From: Nitrospirota bacterium
GTDB taxonomy: Bacteria > Nitrospirota > UBA9217
Direction of reading: 5' to 3'
Length of the DNA: 64,000 nucleotides
Assembly (NCBI GenBank): GCA_963796285.1
Contig: CAWCKW010000003.1
Location: forward strand, 256,001 to 320,000
In this document: positions 1 to 10,554 of the stretch, piece by piece
Layout of the letters: the number at the start of each line of letters is the position of its first letter
How positions within the stretch are numbered: the stretch's first letter is position 1
Program-made: the position numbers and the translations under genes
The notes under the pieces: generated by a model
What the model was told of the DNA's origin: nothing
What the model saw: only the letters and a program-made list of their open reading frames with translations
The model's database searches: none

Positions 1-2
1 AC

Positions 3-1313
3 ACGATAACGCCGAGCCCGGTAGTGATCAAGGCGGGCGCGAAGAGCGCAGGGATCGTGGTAAGCCCGGTGGACGACAAGATCAGCGAAGAGGACAAAAC
101 GGTAGTGGTGGTCATGGGCGTGCCAATGAACGCGACGCAGGGGAAGACGACGGAAAGCGTTGTGACCATCGCGGACGCCGATCCGGAGCCTGCGGTGGGG
201 TTCACGGCCGCGAGTTCGAGCGGGGAAGAGAAGATAAGTCCGGCGCGTCTCGAGGTATCGCTGGGGGCAGTGAGCGGCAGGCAGGTAACGGTGGAGTACG
301 CGGTCACGGGCGGCACGGCGGTTCGGGGGAAGGATTATTCGGTGAAAGAAGGCAGCCTGACCTTCGCCCCCGGCGAGACGAAGAAGGAGATCGAGCTCGG
401 CATCGGAAACAACGGGATCTACGACGACAACAAGACGGTGGCAGTGGGACTGAAGAGCGCGCAGAACGCCGTACTGGGCGGGACCGCGACGCACACCTAC
501 ACCATTATGAACAGCAATCCCAAACCGTCGGTTGCGTTCACTGCCGCGAATCAGCGGCTCAAGAAGTTCGCCGGCAATGTTCACCTTACCCTTCAGCTCT
601 CGAACATATCGGGCAAGGATGCGGTCGTGCCCTTTACCGTCGGCGGCTCCGCAGTTCAAGGCAAAGATTATACCGTTACAGCGAGCCCGGTTAGGGTTCC
701 GGCCGGCGAGCGTGACGCCGTCATTACGATCGAGCTGAAAGAAGGCCCTCCCTCAGAAGTCGATAAAACGATCGAGTTGAAGCTCGGGAACCCGGATAAT
801 GCGCTCCTCGGGTCGCCCAATTATTACCGGCTGGTCCTGGTCAAAGACGCGCGTCCAACCATTGCTGTGCTTCCCTTTTTTAATACCAGCAGGAAAAATG
901 ACGCCGGCGATATACTTATGCTTCAATTCGTCAAGGAACTGAGGAAACTGACCGATTTCACCGTGTTCGAGCCCGGCATTGTAAGAGAACATCTCCTGAA
1001 CATGCGGGTCATTATGTACGAGGGGATATCCTCTTCCGATATTGATCTGATAACAGGCAGCCTTGACGCGGACCTTATCGTGACGGGAAAGGTTTTCGAC
1101 TACAAGGATTTCGAATCCTCCTGGGGCAAGCCCCGGGTGAATTTTACCGTCATGCTGATCTCGAAAGCCAGCAAAAGGGTGGTCTGGTCGTCCAGCAGCG
1201 TCAACTCGGGAGACGACAGCCTCCTCCTGTTCAGCTGGGGCGAAGTCAATACGGCGAATGCAATGGTATCGGAAATGATCGAGGCAGTTCGCAAAACCAT
1301 GCTCTCGTGGTAG
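3..1313 (+). CDS. 5'-truncated Calx-beta repeat protein with C-terminal CsgG/DUF799-like domain (OscG/GSU2497-like position)
   Basis: Frame is open from position 3. Repeated Calx-beta motifs (VEYAVTGGTAVRGKDY..GSLTFAPGETKKEI; VPFTVGGSAVQGKDY). C-terminal IAVLPFFN...DLIVTGKVFDY...VVWS domain. Lies directly upstream of the PPIase and cytochromes. Confidence 0.75.
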   Translation, partial: TITPSPVVIKAGAKSAGIVVSPVDDKISEEDKTVVVVMGVPMNATQGKTTESVVTIADADPEPAVGFTAASSSGEEKISPARLEVSLGAVSGRQVTVEYAVTGGTAVRGKDYSVKEGSLTFAPGETKKEIELGIGNNGIYDDNKTVAVGLKSAQNAVLGGTATHTYTIMNSNPKPSVAFTAANQRLKKFAGNVHLTLQLSNISGKDAVVPFTVGGSAVQGKDYTVTASPVRVPAGERDAVITIELKEGPPSEVDKTIELKLGNPDNALLGSPNYYRLVLVKDARPTIAVLPFFNTSRKNDAGDILMLQFVKELRKLTDFTVFEPGIVREHLLNMRVIMYEGISSSDIDLITGSLDADLIVTGKVFDYKDFESSWGKPRVNFTVMLISKASKRVVWSSSSVNSGDDSLLLFSWGEVNTANAMVSEMIEAVRKTMLSW

Positions 1314-1388
1314 GAAACGTGCTGAAGCCGAAATAAGCCCGGATTTGGCACGGTGCTGATTGACACTATTACAGAAAGAGGTGAAAGA

Positions 1389-3186
1389 ATGTTGAAAAAA
1401 ATATTCGTTGTAACAGGCATACTCACGTATGTACTGGCAGCTGCTTCCCCGGGGTTTGCATCAGATCGAAAGACGGCCCCGGCGGGCGCTGCTGCTGCCC
1501 AGGAACAACCGGTGGCGCCGGAGGACAAGATGGTTATGTTCGTAAAAGACGTTAGTTCTTCCACAATCATAACCGTTCCGACCCTCTCCACGGTGAACGC
1601 CGACCTCCCGGTTGCCGAAGTGAATGGAGAGCGCATAACCGTAAATGACCTTCGGTCCGCAATCGGAAGCGTCCACGACCAGAAGAAAGAGGCGGAGCAG
1701 GAGACGGTCAAGCAGGTGTCAAGGATCGATATGGCGGGATTGCTGCAACGCCTGATCAACGTCGCGCTTATGTTCCAGGAAGCGCGGAACATCGGTCTTG
1801 ATGAGTTGCCCGAGGTGAAGAACTCCCTGGACATATTTTCCCAGGTTACCCTGAGAGACCTGCTGCGCCAGAATTTATGGAATGACGTTTCCGTGAGCGA
1901 CGACGAGGTCGATAAGGAATACAAGGAGGCGGTGCGGGAGGTGAGGACAACTTCAGCCTTCTTCGACAAGGAGGCGGCTGCGAAAAAAGCCGCGGCCAGG
2001 ATCAAGTCAGGAAAGAAATTCGAAGATGTCATCGCGCAGGCAGTCAAGGCCGGAACCGCGAAGGGCACCGAAGAGGAGAACTTCATCAAATTTCGGGAAC
2101 TCGATGCTGCGGTCTCCAAGGCGATCGCCACGATGAAAATCGGGTCCGTTGGACCTGTTACAAGGGTGAAACTCAAGGGGAAGCCCTATTTTGCCCTCTT
2201 CCGGTATGAGGCTGAGCAGTATCCCGAAAATGCCGCTGCCAGGGAGCAGGCGCGAAAAGACGTCATGAACACAAAGCGAGTGGCGTCGCTCGGGGCGCTT
2301 ATCACCTCCCTGAGCCAGAAAAACGTAACGATGCACAAAGAGCTCTTTGAAGGACTCGACTACGGACCGAAGGGACCAGGGCTTGAGAAACTCATGAACG
2401 ACGAGCGGGTCATCGCTCGACATCAAAGGAGACAAGCCTGTTACGGTATCTCAGCTGTCCGAGGCAATGCAAGACAAATTCTACCACGGCATGAAGAACC
2501 TCAAGGGCAAGAAACTGGACGAGACGAAGCAGAAAGTCCTGGAATCGATCGTGCAGAAACGGCTTTTGTACCTCGAAGCGCTGAGCCGCGGTCTCGACAA
2601 GTCCCGAGAATATAAAGACATGCTCAAAGACTACGAGCGGAACATTGTTTTCGGGATGTTCGTTCAGCAGATTGTTGCCCCGAGCGTGGCGATTAATGAA
2701 GACGATCAGCGTGCTTATTATCGCGAACATGCTGCGGAGTTCATGTCTGAACCGCGGGTGAAAATAGCGCATCTTGCTTTCCTTCAGAAAGCCGATGCCC
2801 AGTGGGCCATGGACAGGATGCAGAAAGGCGCCGACTTCGGCTGGGTCAAAGCCAATGCCGCGGGGCAGGCGCCGGACAGCAAGGACGAGGAGCCTGCATT
2901 CGGGATCGACGCGGTGCCCGTATCCTCACTGGCGGAGGATGTCCAAAGTACCCTCGTTGGCGTAAAAGCCGGAGATGTCCGGCTCTACGAAGGCCCGAAG
3001 GGTCCATACCATGTACTGTACATTCAGGAAATGATCCCCCCGCAGCAGCAGACCTTTGAGCAGGTACGCCCGTCCCTCGGCTCGAACGTATATTATACCA
3101 AGCTGAACAAGGCGGTCGACGAGTGGACCCGCAAACTGAAAGAGACTGCCGACATCAAGATCTACCTGGCTGAATCGGCGAAGTAA
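1389..3186 (+). CDS. SurA/PpiC-type peptidyl-prolyl isomerase chaperone (OscH-like); +1 frameshift near 2417
   Basis: Signal peptide; VAEVNGERITVNDL motif; EARNIGLDELPEV; two parvulin-like regions. ORFs 1353-2615 and 2467-3186 join as ...VIA-DIKGDKPVTVSQLSEAMQDK if one base is removed from gctcgac. Confidence 0.8.
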
Positions 3187-3214
3187 AAATATGAGAACAC
3201 TGCAGAGGAGAACC

Positions 3215-5191
3215 ATGCATACCACCCATTTAAAACCAAACGCGCTTCTCATCGGACTGCTCCTTCTTCTGGGAGGAACTTTTTTTCTGACGACAGCGAA
3301 CCCCGCGTTCGCGCAGCAGCGATTTGAAAAGAAAGACTGTCTCGAGTGCCATAAGAAATTTGCCGACAAATATCTTGGCATGAAAAACGTCCATCGCGTG
3401 GTCAAAGAAAAAAAATGCGATGAATGTCATCTCCGGCATGGCAGAATTCCCAAACTGCTCCTCAAGAGGCCGGGGAATGAGCTCTGTTTTTCATGCCATC
3501 CCAAGGAAAAAATAGGATTGAACAAGGCAAAAGTGCACTCCGCCGTAAAGAAGGCGACCTGCACCAGCTGTCACAACCCCCATGCTTCCCAGGGAAAAGC
3601 CCTGCTCAGGGAAGAAGGCAATGCAATCTGCACGCAGTGCCACCAGCCGGCAGACTATAGTAAGAAAGTAATCCATAAAATTCTGCAGACTGATGGATGC
3701 AAAGCCTGTCATTTGCCGCACAGCGCCGACTATGATAATCTTCTCACCAGCGCGGAGCCGGGACTCTGCCTCAACTGTCACAGCAGCGGTGCGCCGTCAT
3801 TTAAAAAAGCCCACGGAGGATATCCCGTGGACGGCCGGGCCTGCTCACGGTGCCATAACCCCCACTCCTCCGATGAGCCAAAACTCCTGAAAACGAGCCT
3901 GCATAATCCTGTCGGGTCCATAAGCTGCGATTCGTGCCACAAACCCGCGGGAGACGCAAAGCCCTTCGAAGTTACTCAGCAGGGATCGGACCTTTGCTAC
4001 CAATGCCACGACGCGGCAACGTTGAAAAACGGCGGCACGGTGGAACATCCGCCGTTCAAGGACGGCATGTGCCTTTCCTGCCACGATCCCCATTCATCGG
4101 ATAACCCGAGGCTGCTGCTCGAAAAAGGCAACAAGCTCTGCTTCACCTGCCATCCGGACAAGGACGTGAAGGTTGCGTACGGCCATAAGGCGCTCACGGA
4201 CGGAAAGGGCTGCCTGTCGTGCCACGCCCCCCATGCGGCAAAGAACAAAAAACTGCTGCTCGCCAAAGATGGCGAGCTCTGTGTTACCTGTCACGCGAAA
4301 ACCGCCGAGGCGAAAAAGGCTAAGGATGTTCATCCTCCCTTTGCCAGCGACATGTGCACGTCCTGCCACAACCCTCACGGGACAAATATCCAGGGAATGC
4401 TGAAGAATCGCATGGACACCGTCTGTTATTCTTGCCATACGAATGCGGAAGCGGATTTTCAGAAAGCGAATGTCCATCCGCCGGTAAGTCGGGCGCAGTG
4501 TACCGCCTGCCATAATCCCCACGGATCAAGTGAAGGCAAACTCCTCCGGGCGTCCGATTCGGAGCTCTGCGCGCAATGCCACGGCGATATGATGAAGGAA
4601 GTGCCGGGAGGGTCCATGCATCCGCCCTTCAAGGACCGGCAGTGTCTCCTGTGCCACAATCCCCATGCGAGCGATGTCCGCGGGATGCTCAATGGCAAAG
4701 AGGATACGATCTGCTTCCAGTGCCATGCCGAGCTGCAAAAAGGACTGGGCGCGGGGAAGAGCAAGCACGCTCCGGTGATGGCGGGTGAATGTACCAAGTG
4801 CCATAGCCCGCACAAGTCGAAATTAGCCAAGCTCCTCCTGGTGGAAAGCCCCGATCTGTGCCTGACCTGTCATACGGACATTAAAGCAAGGATGGCAGCG
4901 GGCATGGCCCATCCCCCGGCACAAAGCGACTGTATGCGATGTCATCAACCCCATGTCTCGAAGGAAACGACCCTACTGACGCAGCCGATTCCCGCGTTGT
5001 GCAGCGACTGCCACGACCTGCCGGGAAAGGAATTTGCAAAGGATCATATTAACATCAAGGCGGCGGTCATGGACTGCAGGACCTGCCACGATCCGCACGG
5101 TTCGAAAGACCCGAAGCTGTTCAAGGACGTTGAGCATCCTCCGTTCGCCGCAAGATCGTGCGACGATTGCCATATAGGAGAAAAGAAATGA
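3215..5191 (+). CDS. 26-heme periplasmic c-type cytochrome (paired CxxCH family, GSU2495-like)
   Basis: 26 CxxCH motifs counted, alternating CxxCHxPH with LCxxCH. Signal peptide (..PAFA-QQ). GAGGAG RBS before ATG 3215. Confidence 0.92.
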   Translation: MHTTHLKPNALLIGLLLLLGGTFFLTTANPAFAQQRFEKKDCLECHKKFADKYLGMKNVHRVVKEKKCDECHLRHGRIPKLLLKRPGNELCFSCHPKEKIGLNKAKVHSAVKKATCTSCHNPHASQGKALLREEGNAICTQCHQPADYSKKVIHKILQTDGCKACHLPHSADYDNLLTSAEPGLCLNCHSSGAPSFKKAHGGYPVDGRACSRCHNPHSSDEPKLLKTSLHNPVGSISCDSCHKPAGDAKPFEVTQQGSDLCYQCHDAATLKNGGTVEHPPFKDGMCLSCHDPHSSDNPRLLLEKGNKLCFTCHPDKDVKVAYGHKALTDGKGCLSCHAPHAAKNKKLLLAKDGELCVTCHAKTAEAKKAKDVHPPFASDMCTSCHNPHGTNIQGMLKNRMDTVCYSCHTNAEADFQKANVHPPVSRAQCTACHNPHGSSEGKLLRASDSELCAQCHGDMMKEVPGGSMHPPFKDRQCLLCHNPHASDVRGMLNGKEDTICFQCHAELQKGLGAGKSKHAPVMAGECTKCHSPHKSKLAKLLLVESPDLCLTCHTDIKARMAAGMAHPPAQSDCMRCHQPHVSKETTLLTQPIPALCSDCHDLPGKEFAKDHINIKAAVMDCRTCHDPHGSKDPKLFKDVEHPPFAARSCDDCHIGEKK

Positions 5192-6483
5192 AAAAATACT
5201 GCATTAATACATGTTCCGGGTTGTTTCTGCTGCTCGCGGTGGTCGGCCTTCTCGGTGTGATGAATCCAGCCGTTGCGCAGGACAAACAGGACAACAAATT
5301 CAGGCTGAAGCCGGGAGCCCGCGGGAAAAACTGCCTGACCTGTCATGTCACCTTTCAGGACAAGATCAAGATGCCATTCGTCCATACCCCCGTAAAGAAC
5401 GGCGACTGTACGGGCTGCCATAACCCCCATGACTCTTCTCATGGGAAGCTGCTGGCAGCGGATCCCAACAAGATCTGCTTCACCTGTCACGCCGACATCA
5501 TTCCCAAGAGTGCCGTCAGCGCCCACAAGGTCGTGGCGGAAGGAAACTGCATCAAATGCCACGATCCGCACTCGTCCAAGAACAAATTCAACCTCCTTGC
5601 GTCGGGAAACGAGCTTTGTTTCGGCTGCCACAAGGAGATGGGCGAGGCGATCAAAAAAGTGAAATTCAAGCACTTCCCGGTGGAGAAGGGGTGCCTCAAC
5701 TGCCACAATCCGCACTCCTCCGGCAAATCCGCACAGCTGTTGAAGGATGCGGTTCCGGCCCTCTGTCTTACCTGTCACAAGGCCGAGGCCCCGTCGTTCA
5801 AGAAACAGCACATGAATTACCCCGTCGCCAAAGGTCGTTGCACGAGCTGTCATGACCCCCATGGCTCCAATAATGCGGGTATCCTGTTCGCTAATGTGCA
5901 CCGCCCCGTGGCGAACAGAATGTGCAACCAGTGCCATGAGGATCCTACGTCCAAGACGCCCTTTGCGACCAAACGGAAAGGATTTGAGTTGTGCCGGGGA
6001 TGCCACAGCGCCGTGGTCAATGATGCATTCACCAAGAACCGGATCCATTGGCCCCTGGTCGACAAAACAGGCTGTCTCAACTGCCATAACCCGCATGCGT
6101 CACCGGAAAAGCCCCTCCTGAAGTCCAAGCTGGTCGATGTATGCGGACAATGTCACGCCGATATCATCGAGAAGCAGAAACGTTCGCCGACGAAACATAA
6201 ACCAGTCAATGACGGTCAGTGTACATCCTGTCATTCCCCGCATGCGTCGAACAACGTATTCCTGTTCGAGCAGGCGTCTTCGATCGACCTGTGCAAGACC
6301 TGTCACGATTATTCAAAACATTCGACCCATCCTGTGGGGTCGGAGGCGATCGACCCGCGGAACAATAACGCCAGCGTCGCGTGCACGAGTTGTCACGGGG
6401 TCCATGGTACGGAAAACAAACAAATGCTCTGGTACCCGACCATTAACGATATGTGCGTCCAGTGCCATACTAAATTACACTAG
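5188..6483 (+). CDS. 16-heme c-type cytochrome (paired CxxCH family, GSU2494-like)
   Basis: 16 CxxCH motifs counted. Signal peptide (..PAVA-QD). ATGA overlap with the upstream stop. Confidence 0.92.
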   Translation: MKKYCINTCSGLFLLLAVVGLLGVMNPAVAQDKQDNKFRLKPGARGKNCLTCHVTFQDKIKMPFVHTPVKNGDCTGCHNPHDSSHGKLLAADPNKICFTCHADIIPKSAVSAHKVVAEGNCIKCHDPHSSKNKFNLLASGNELCFGCHKEMGEAIKKVKFKHFPVEKGCLNCHNPHSSGKSAQLLKDAVPALCLTCHKAEAPSFKKQHMNYPVAKGRCTSCHDPHGSNNAGILFANVHRPVANRMCNQCHEDPTSKTPFATKRKGFELCRGCHSAVVNDAFTKNRIHWPLVDKTGCLNCHNPHASPEKPLLKSKLVDVCGQCHADIIEKQKRSPTKHKPVNDGQCTSCHSPHASNNVFLFEQASSIDLCKTCHDYSKHSTHPVGSEAIDPRNNNASVACTSCHGVHGTENKQMLWYPTINDMCVQCHTKLH

Positions 6484-6493
6484 AGGTGATGCC

Positions 6494-7390
6494 ATGATGA
6501 AAAATCTGATTCTCGCAGTCATTCTGCTGTGTCCCGCTCCCGCGCTGTGCGCCGATTCGCTGCAGCTGAGGCGGACCGCCACGGTTTCCGTCGATACGGC
6601 GGGCGTTAAAATTCGGCAGCCCGAGGGCGTTGCCTGCAGGGAGAAATCCCTGCTTGTCGTGTCCGATACGGGGAACGGTCGCCTCCTGCCTTATACACTG
6701 GAAGATGACGGATCGATCAAACCGGGGACTGAGATCAAGGTGCCCTATCCTATGCATGTACGGATGAACACGAAGAAGGAGATTTTCGTGCTTGACGGGA
6801 AGCAGCACCGCATACTGCGCTTCAGCCCCACGGGGGACCCCCTGGGGTACGTCGAACCCGCAAACTTACCGGCGCCGACTGCATGGATTCCGAAGAATTT
6901 CGCGATCGATGCGAACGACAATTTATACCTTCTCGACGTTTTTTCAGCGCGGGTCATCGTTACGGGGCCTGATGCCAAATTTCAGAGGCAGATACCGTTT
7001 CCGGCAAATGACGGTTTCTTTTCCGACGTGACGGTAGATTCTCAGGGCACCATTTACCTGCTGAACAGCGTTCATGCCGCAATCTTTACCGCTGCCCGGG
7101 ATGCCGTTGCTTTTACTCCGCTGACAAAGGACCTGAGAGACCACGTCACCTTTCCCACGTCAATGGCTGTAGACAAGAAGTATATTTTTGTCGTTGATCA
7201 GAACGGCGGAGCGGTTGTTGTTCTTGGGAAAGACGGTTCGTTTAAGGGACGCAAGCTCAGAATGGGGTGGAAGGACGGCGAGCTCTACTATCCCGCCGAT
7301 ATATGCCTCAACGACAATGAGCAGGTCTTTATCGCTGATCGCGGAAACAACCTCGTTGAAATTTACCATATGGAGGGCGAACACGAATAG
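6494..7390 (+). CDS. Secreted NHL-repeat beta-propeller protein (GSU2493-like)
   Basis: NHL motifs QPEGVAC..VSDTGNGR, FPTSMAVD, LYYPADICL..FIADRGNN. Signal peptide; GAGGTG RBS before ATG 6494. Confidence 0.88.
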   Translation: MMKNLILAVILLCPAPALCADSLQLRRTATVSVDTAGVKIRQPEGVACREKSLLVVSDTGNGRLLPYTLEDDGSIKPGTEIKVPYPMHVRMNTKKEIFVLDGKQHRILRFSPTGDPLGYVEPANLPAPTAWIPKNFAIDANDNLYLLDVFSARVIVTGPDAKFQRQIPFPANDGFFSDVTVDSQGTIYLLNSVHAAIFTAARDAVAFTPLTKDLRDHVTFPTSMAVDKKYIFVVDQNGGAVVVLGKDGSFKGRKLRMGWKDGELYYPADICLNDNEQVFIADRGNNLVEIYHMEGEHE

Positions 7391-7581
7391 CTCGGATATC
7401 CCGCAGCGGCAGCGCCGGCACGTGACGGTTGCCCATTTCTTCCTGCGGGCGGCGGGAGTGCACAAGTGGTTAGAATAAAGACCGATCCCGTCGCCTCGCG
7501 GCATTTTCTGAGCACGGCACGCGACTATTGCAGTGATCCGATATTCTGTGCAATCGCGGTTGCTTCAGTGTAGGTACGATA

Positions 7582-8352
7582 TTGATAAACGGTAAAAAAG
7601 TTATTGTCGTTCTACCAGCATATAATGCCGCAAAAACGCTCAAAATGACGTATGAGGATATCCCCCGTGAGTTCGTGGATGATGTCATCCTCGTAGACGA
7701 TGCGAGTTGGGACGGTACTGCCGCGGTTGCCCGTGAACTCGGCATCAGAACGATTATTCATGAACAAAATACCGGATACGGCGGAAATCAGAAAACCTGC
7801 TATAAGACGGCGTTGGATCTGGGAGCAGATATCGTTATCATGCTTCACCCCGATTATCAATATACGCCGAAACTGATTCCGGCTATGGCGAGCATGATAG
7901 CCTACGGCGAGTTCGATGCCGTTCTAGCATCCCGCATTCTGGGTGTGGGCGCCTTGCGGGGCGGGATGCCGCTCTATAAGTATATGGCAAACCGCGTCTT
8001 GACCTTGCTTGAAAATCTTCTGATTGGGCATAAACTGTCGGAGTACCATACCGGATACAGGGCTTTTTCCCGGGAAATATTGGAACGACTTCCTTTGGAC
8101 AGAAATTCGGATGATTTTGTCTTCGACAACCAGATGCTGGCGCAGATCATCTGGTTCGGTTACCGGATCGGCGAGATCAGCTGTCCGACCAAGTACTTTG
8201 AGGATGCCTCCTCCATCAATTTTCGCCGTAGTGTTGTTTACGGACTCGGAGTGCTGAAAACAGCCTTCCAGTTCCGTTTGTGCAAGTTGAAGCTCTGTTC
8301 CGGCGGTATTTTCATCTTCCCGTCTTCCCGTTCTCGCAGCAACGTCCCCTGA
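7582..8352 (+). CDS. GT2 glycosyltransferase, DPM1/polyprenol-phosphate sugar synthase-like
   Basis: [57 protein letters not shown] motifs. Confidence 0.85.
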   Translation: MINGKKVIVVLPAYNAAKTLKMTYEDIPREFVDDVILVDDASWDGTAAVARELGIRTIIHEQNTGYGGNQKTCYKTALDLGADIVIMLHPDYQYTPKLIPAMASMIAYGEFDAVLASRILGVGALRGGMPLYKYMANRVLTLLENLLIGHKLSEYHTGYRAFSREILERLPLDRNSDDFVFDNQMLAQIIWFGYRIGEISCPTKYFEDASSINFRRSVVYGLGVLKTAFQFRLCKLKLCSGGIFIFPSSRSRSNVP

Positions 8353-8433
8353 ATTCAGCATGAGCACGCACTTTTGCTCCAGCTGCGTTGCGGGCTGCAC
8401 CGGTCTAGGAGATACGGGAGGTCAGTACAGCCG

Positions 8434-10554
8434 ATGCTTTATGAAGAGATTGTTTTGAGCGTGAATAAAACGAGAAGTCTTCGATATCGTCTTGCGGCTG
8501 CGATCGCTTTTTTGGCATTTGCGGTCTACCTGCCCGCTTTGCAGAATGGTTTTTTGAACTGGGACGACAATGTCTACGTTGTCGAAAACCCCTTCATCCG
8601 TTCCTTCAATGCAAACCTGTTGAGAGAAGCTTTTTTCCAGTTTACCGCAAGCAACTGGCACCCTCTTACCTGGATCTCCCATGCCCTGGATTATGCTGTC
8701 TGGGGCTTGAACCCATGGGGCCATCACTTGACCAATATCATTCTCCACGGCATGAACACCTTCGTGGTGGTCCTGCTCATCATGATGTTGCTTGAGGCGG
8801 CGAGGGAACGAACGGCAGGTCAGGGGGGCACGGGTTTTCTCAATGACCGGACGATTCTCCTGGTCGGCGGCGGAACGGGGCTTTTATTCGGACTGCATCC
8901 CCTGCATGTCGAGTCGGTCGCCTGGGTGGCGGAGCGAAAAGATCTGCTCTGCGCCCTGTTTTTTCTGCTCAGCGTGACGATGTATGTGAAATACGGGGTT
9001 GCCGGGCGGAATGAGAGGGACCAGCGCAATGGTTTCTTCCGGTTCAGCGATAAACACTATTGGTCAGCGCTCGGTTTTTTTATCCTTGCTCTGCTGAGCA
9101 AGCCGATGGCAGTATCGCTCCCGCTTGTTCTTCTGATACTGGACTGGCATCCCTTGAGCAGGATCAGTTCTTTCCGTTCGTTCCGGCTTGCGTTCGTCGA
9201 GAAATTTCCTTTTGCCGCGCTGAGCATTATTTCTTCGCTGCTTACTGTTCTGGCGCAGAAATCAGGAGGGGCGCTGCATGCCACGGTTTTAGTATCGCTG
9301 CCGGTTCGACTGCTGGTAGCGGCCCGATCTTTTATCGGTTACCTGTCGAACATGCTTTTGCCGGCGCATTTAATTCCCTATTATGCCTATCCGGTTCAGA
9401 GCACGGTTTCTCTATTCTCGACTATTTACGTAAGCTCCTTGGTATTGCTCCTCGGAATTACTGTTTTCTGCATACGACTCGCAAAGAAACAGCGCTATTG
9501 GATGTCCATCTGGCTCTACTATATTATCACTCTTATCCCTGTCATCGGCATTGTCCAGGTAGGCGGCCAAGCCATGGCGGACCGATATACGTATTTGCCG
9601 AGCTTAGGTCCATTTCTGATCATTGCCCTGGGAGTTGCGTGGATCGTCAATTCTGCGGCCGGCAAAAAAGCGCAAAGCTTGACGCTGGTGCTTGTAACCA
9701 GCGTTGCGGCAATAGGGATAACTGGTCCTTTAGCATATGCGACCATACAACAGACGCGCATATGGAAAAACAGTATATCGCTCTGGAGTAGTGTAATAGA
9801 AAAGGAACCCCGGAGCGCATCTCTCCCTTATAATAATAGGGGCCAGGCCTTCGATAAACTGAAACAGTATGACAAAGCAATAGATGACTACGACATGGCT
9901 ATTGCGGTAGACCCGACTTCGGAGGAGGCATTGAATAACCGCGGAGTTACCTATAGAAAAATGGGCATGATTGATAAAGCCCTCGCAGATTTTAATGCGG
10001 CCATTGGTTTGAACCCGTCTTTCTATCAGGCTTATAATAACCGCGCTTATGCTTTCGGATTGCTAGGTGAGGTTGACAAAGCATTGGACGATTACGATCA
10101 TGCTCTTGCACTGAATCCGTCTTATTTTCAAGCGTACAACAACCGGGGACTTATGTATGATCGAATGGGTCTGGCAGATAAAGCAATTGAGGATTTTAAC
10201 CGAACTATTTCATTGAATCCTTCGTCCGAACTGGCTTATTTTAATCTCGGAATTTTATACGGAAAGATGGGCAAATATGACAGCGCGCTGTTGAATTTCG
10301 ATGCAACCCTCAGTCTGCGGCCGGATTTTGCCGATGGTTATCTCAATAGGGGGATCACGTATTTTCTTGTCGGTCAGAGCAGCATGGCATTAAAAGATTT
10401 TACAGCCGCGATCCTTCTCGACAAGAATAGCGCTCGAGCGTATGCCGCTCGGGGGCGGTTATATGACTCAATAGGACAAAAAGATCAGGCTCGTGTAGAT
10501 TATCAAAGAGCATGTCAGTTGGGTGACCAAACCAGCTGTCAAACTCTTCAGTAG
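8434..10554 (+). CDS. TMTC-like GT-C glycosyltransferase with C-terminal TPRs (copy 1)
   Basis: WDD, WHPLTWISH, HPLHVESVAWVAERKDLL, LLSKPMAV and ADRYTYLP motifs; multiple TM helices; about 7 TPRs (AYNNRG). Start codon uncertain (8434 or 8461). Confidence 0.85.
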   Translation: MLYEEIVLSVNKTRSLRYRLAAAIAFLAFAVYLPALQNGFLNWDDNVYVVENPFIRSFNANLLREAFFQFTASNWHPLTWISHALDYAVWGLNPWGHHLTNIILHGMNTFVVVLLIMMLLEAARERTAGQGGTGFLNDRTILLVGGGTGLLFGLHPLHVESVAWVAERKDLLCALFFLLSVTMYVKYGVAGRNERDQRNGFFRFSDKHYWSALGFFILALLSKPMAVSLPLVLLILDWHPLSRISSFRSFRLAFVEKFPFAALSIISSLLTVLAQKSGGALHATVLVSLPVRLLVAARSFIGYLSNMLLPAHLIPYYAYPVQSTVSLFSTIYVSSLVLLLGITVFCIRLAKKQRYWMSIWLYYIITLIPVIGIVQVGGQAMADRYTYLPSLGPFLIIALGVAWIVNSAAGKKAQSLTLVLVTSVAAIGITGPLAYATIQQTRIWKNSISLWSSVIEKEPRSASLPYNNRGQAFDKLKQYDKAIDDYDMAIAVDPTSEEALNNRGVTYRKMGMIDKALADFNAAIGLNPSFYQAYNNRAYAFGLLGEVDKALDDYDHALALNPSYFQAYNNRGLMYDRMGLADKAIEDFNRTISLNPSSELAYFNLGILYGKMGKYDSALLNFDATLSLRPDFADGYLNRGITYFLVGQSSMALKDFTAAILLDKNSARAYAARGRLYDSIGQKDQARVDYQRACQLGDQTSCQTLQ

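Noticed and set aside
1346-1361. TGGCACG sigma54-like box before the PPIase gene
   Set aside because: The -12 GC is not at the required spacing (TGGCACGGTGCTGATT).
1100-2176. 358-aa minus-strand ORF (likewise 41928-42947 +, 38200-39123 +, 62473-63216 +)
   Set aside because: Each overlaps a well-supported gene on the opposite strand and has a composition typical of shadow frames.
6137-6493. Long N-terminal extension of the NHL ORF
   Set aside because: Overlaps the 16-heme gene; RBS and signal peptide place the start at 6494.
9780-10500. Periodic ~102-bp similarity resembling an array
   Set aside because: In-frame TPR coding repeats, not CRISPR or other non-coding repeats; no cas genes.
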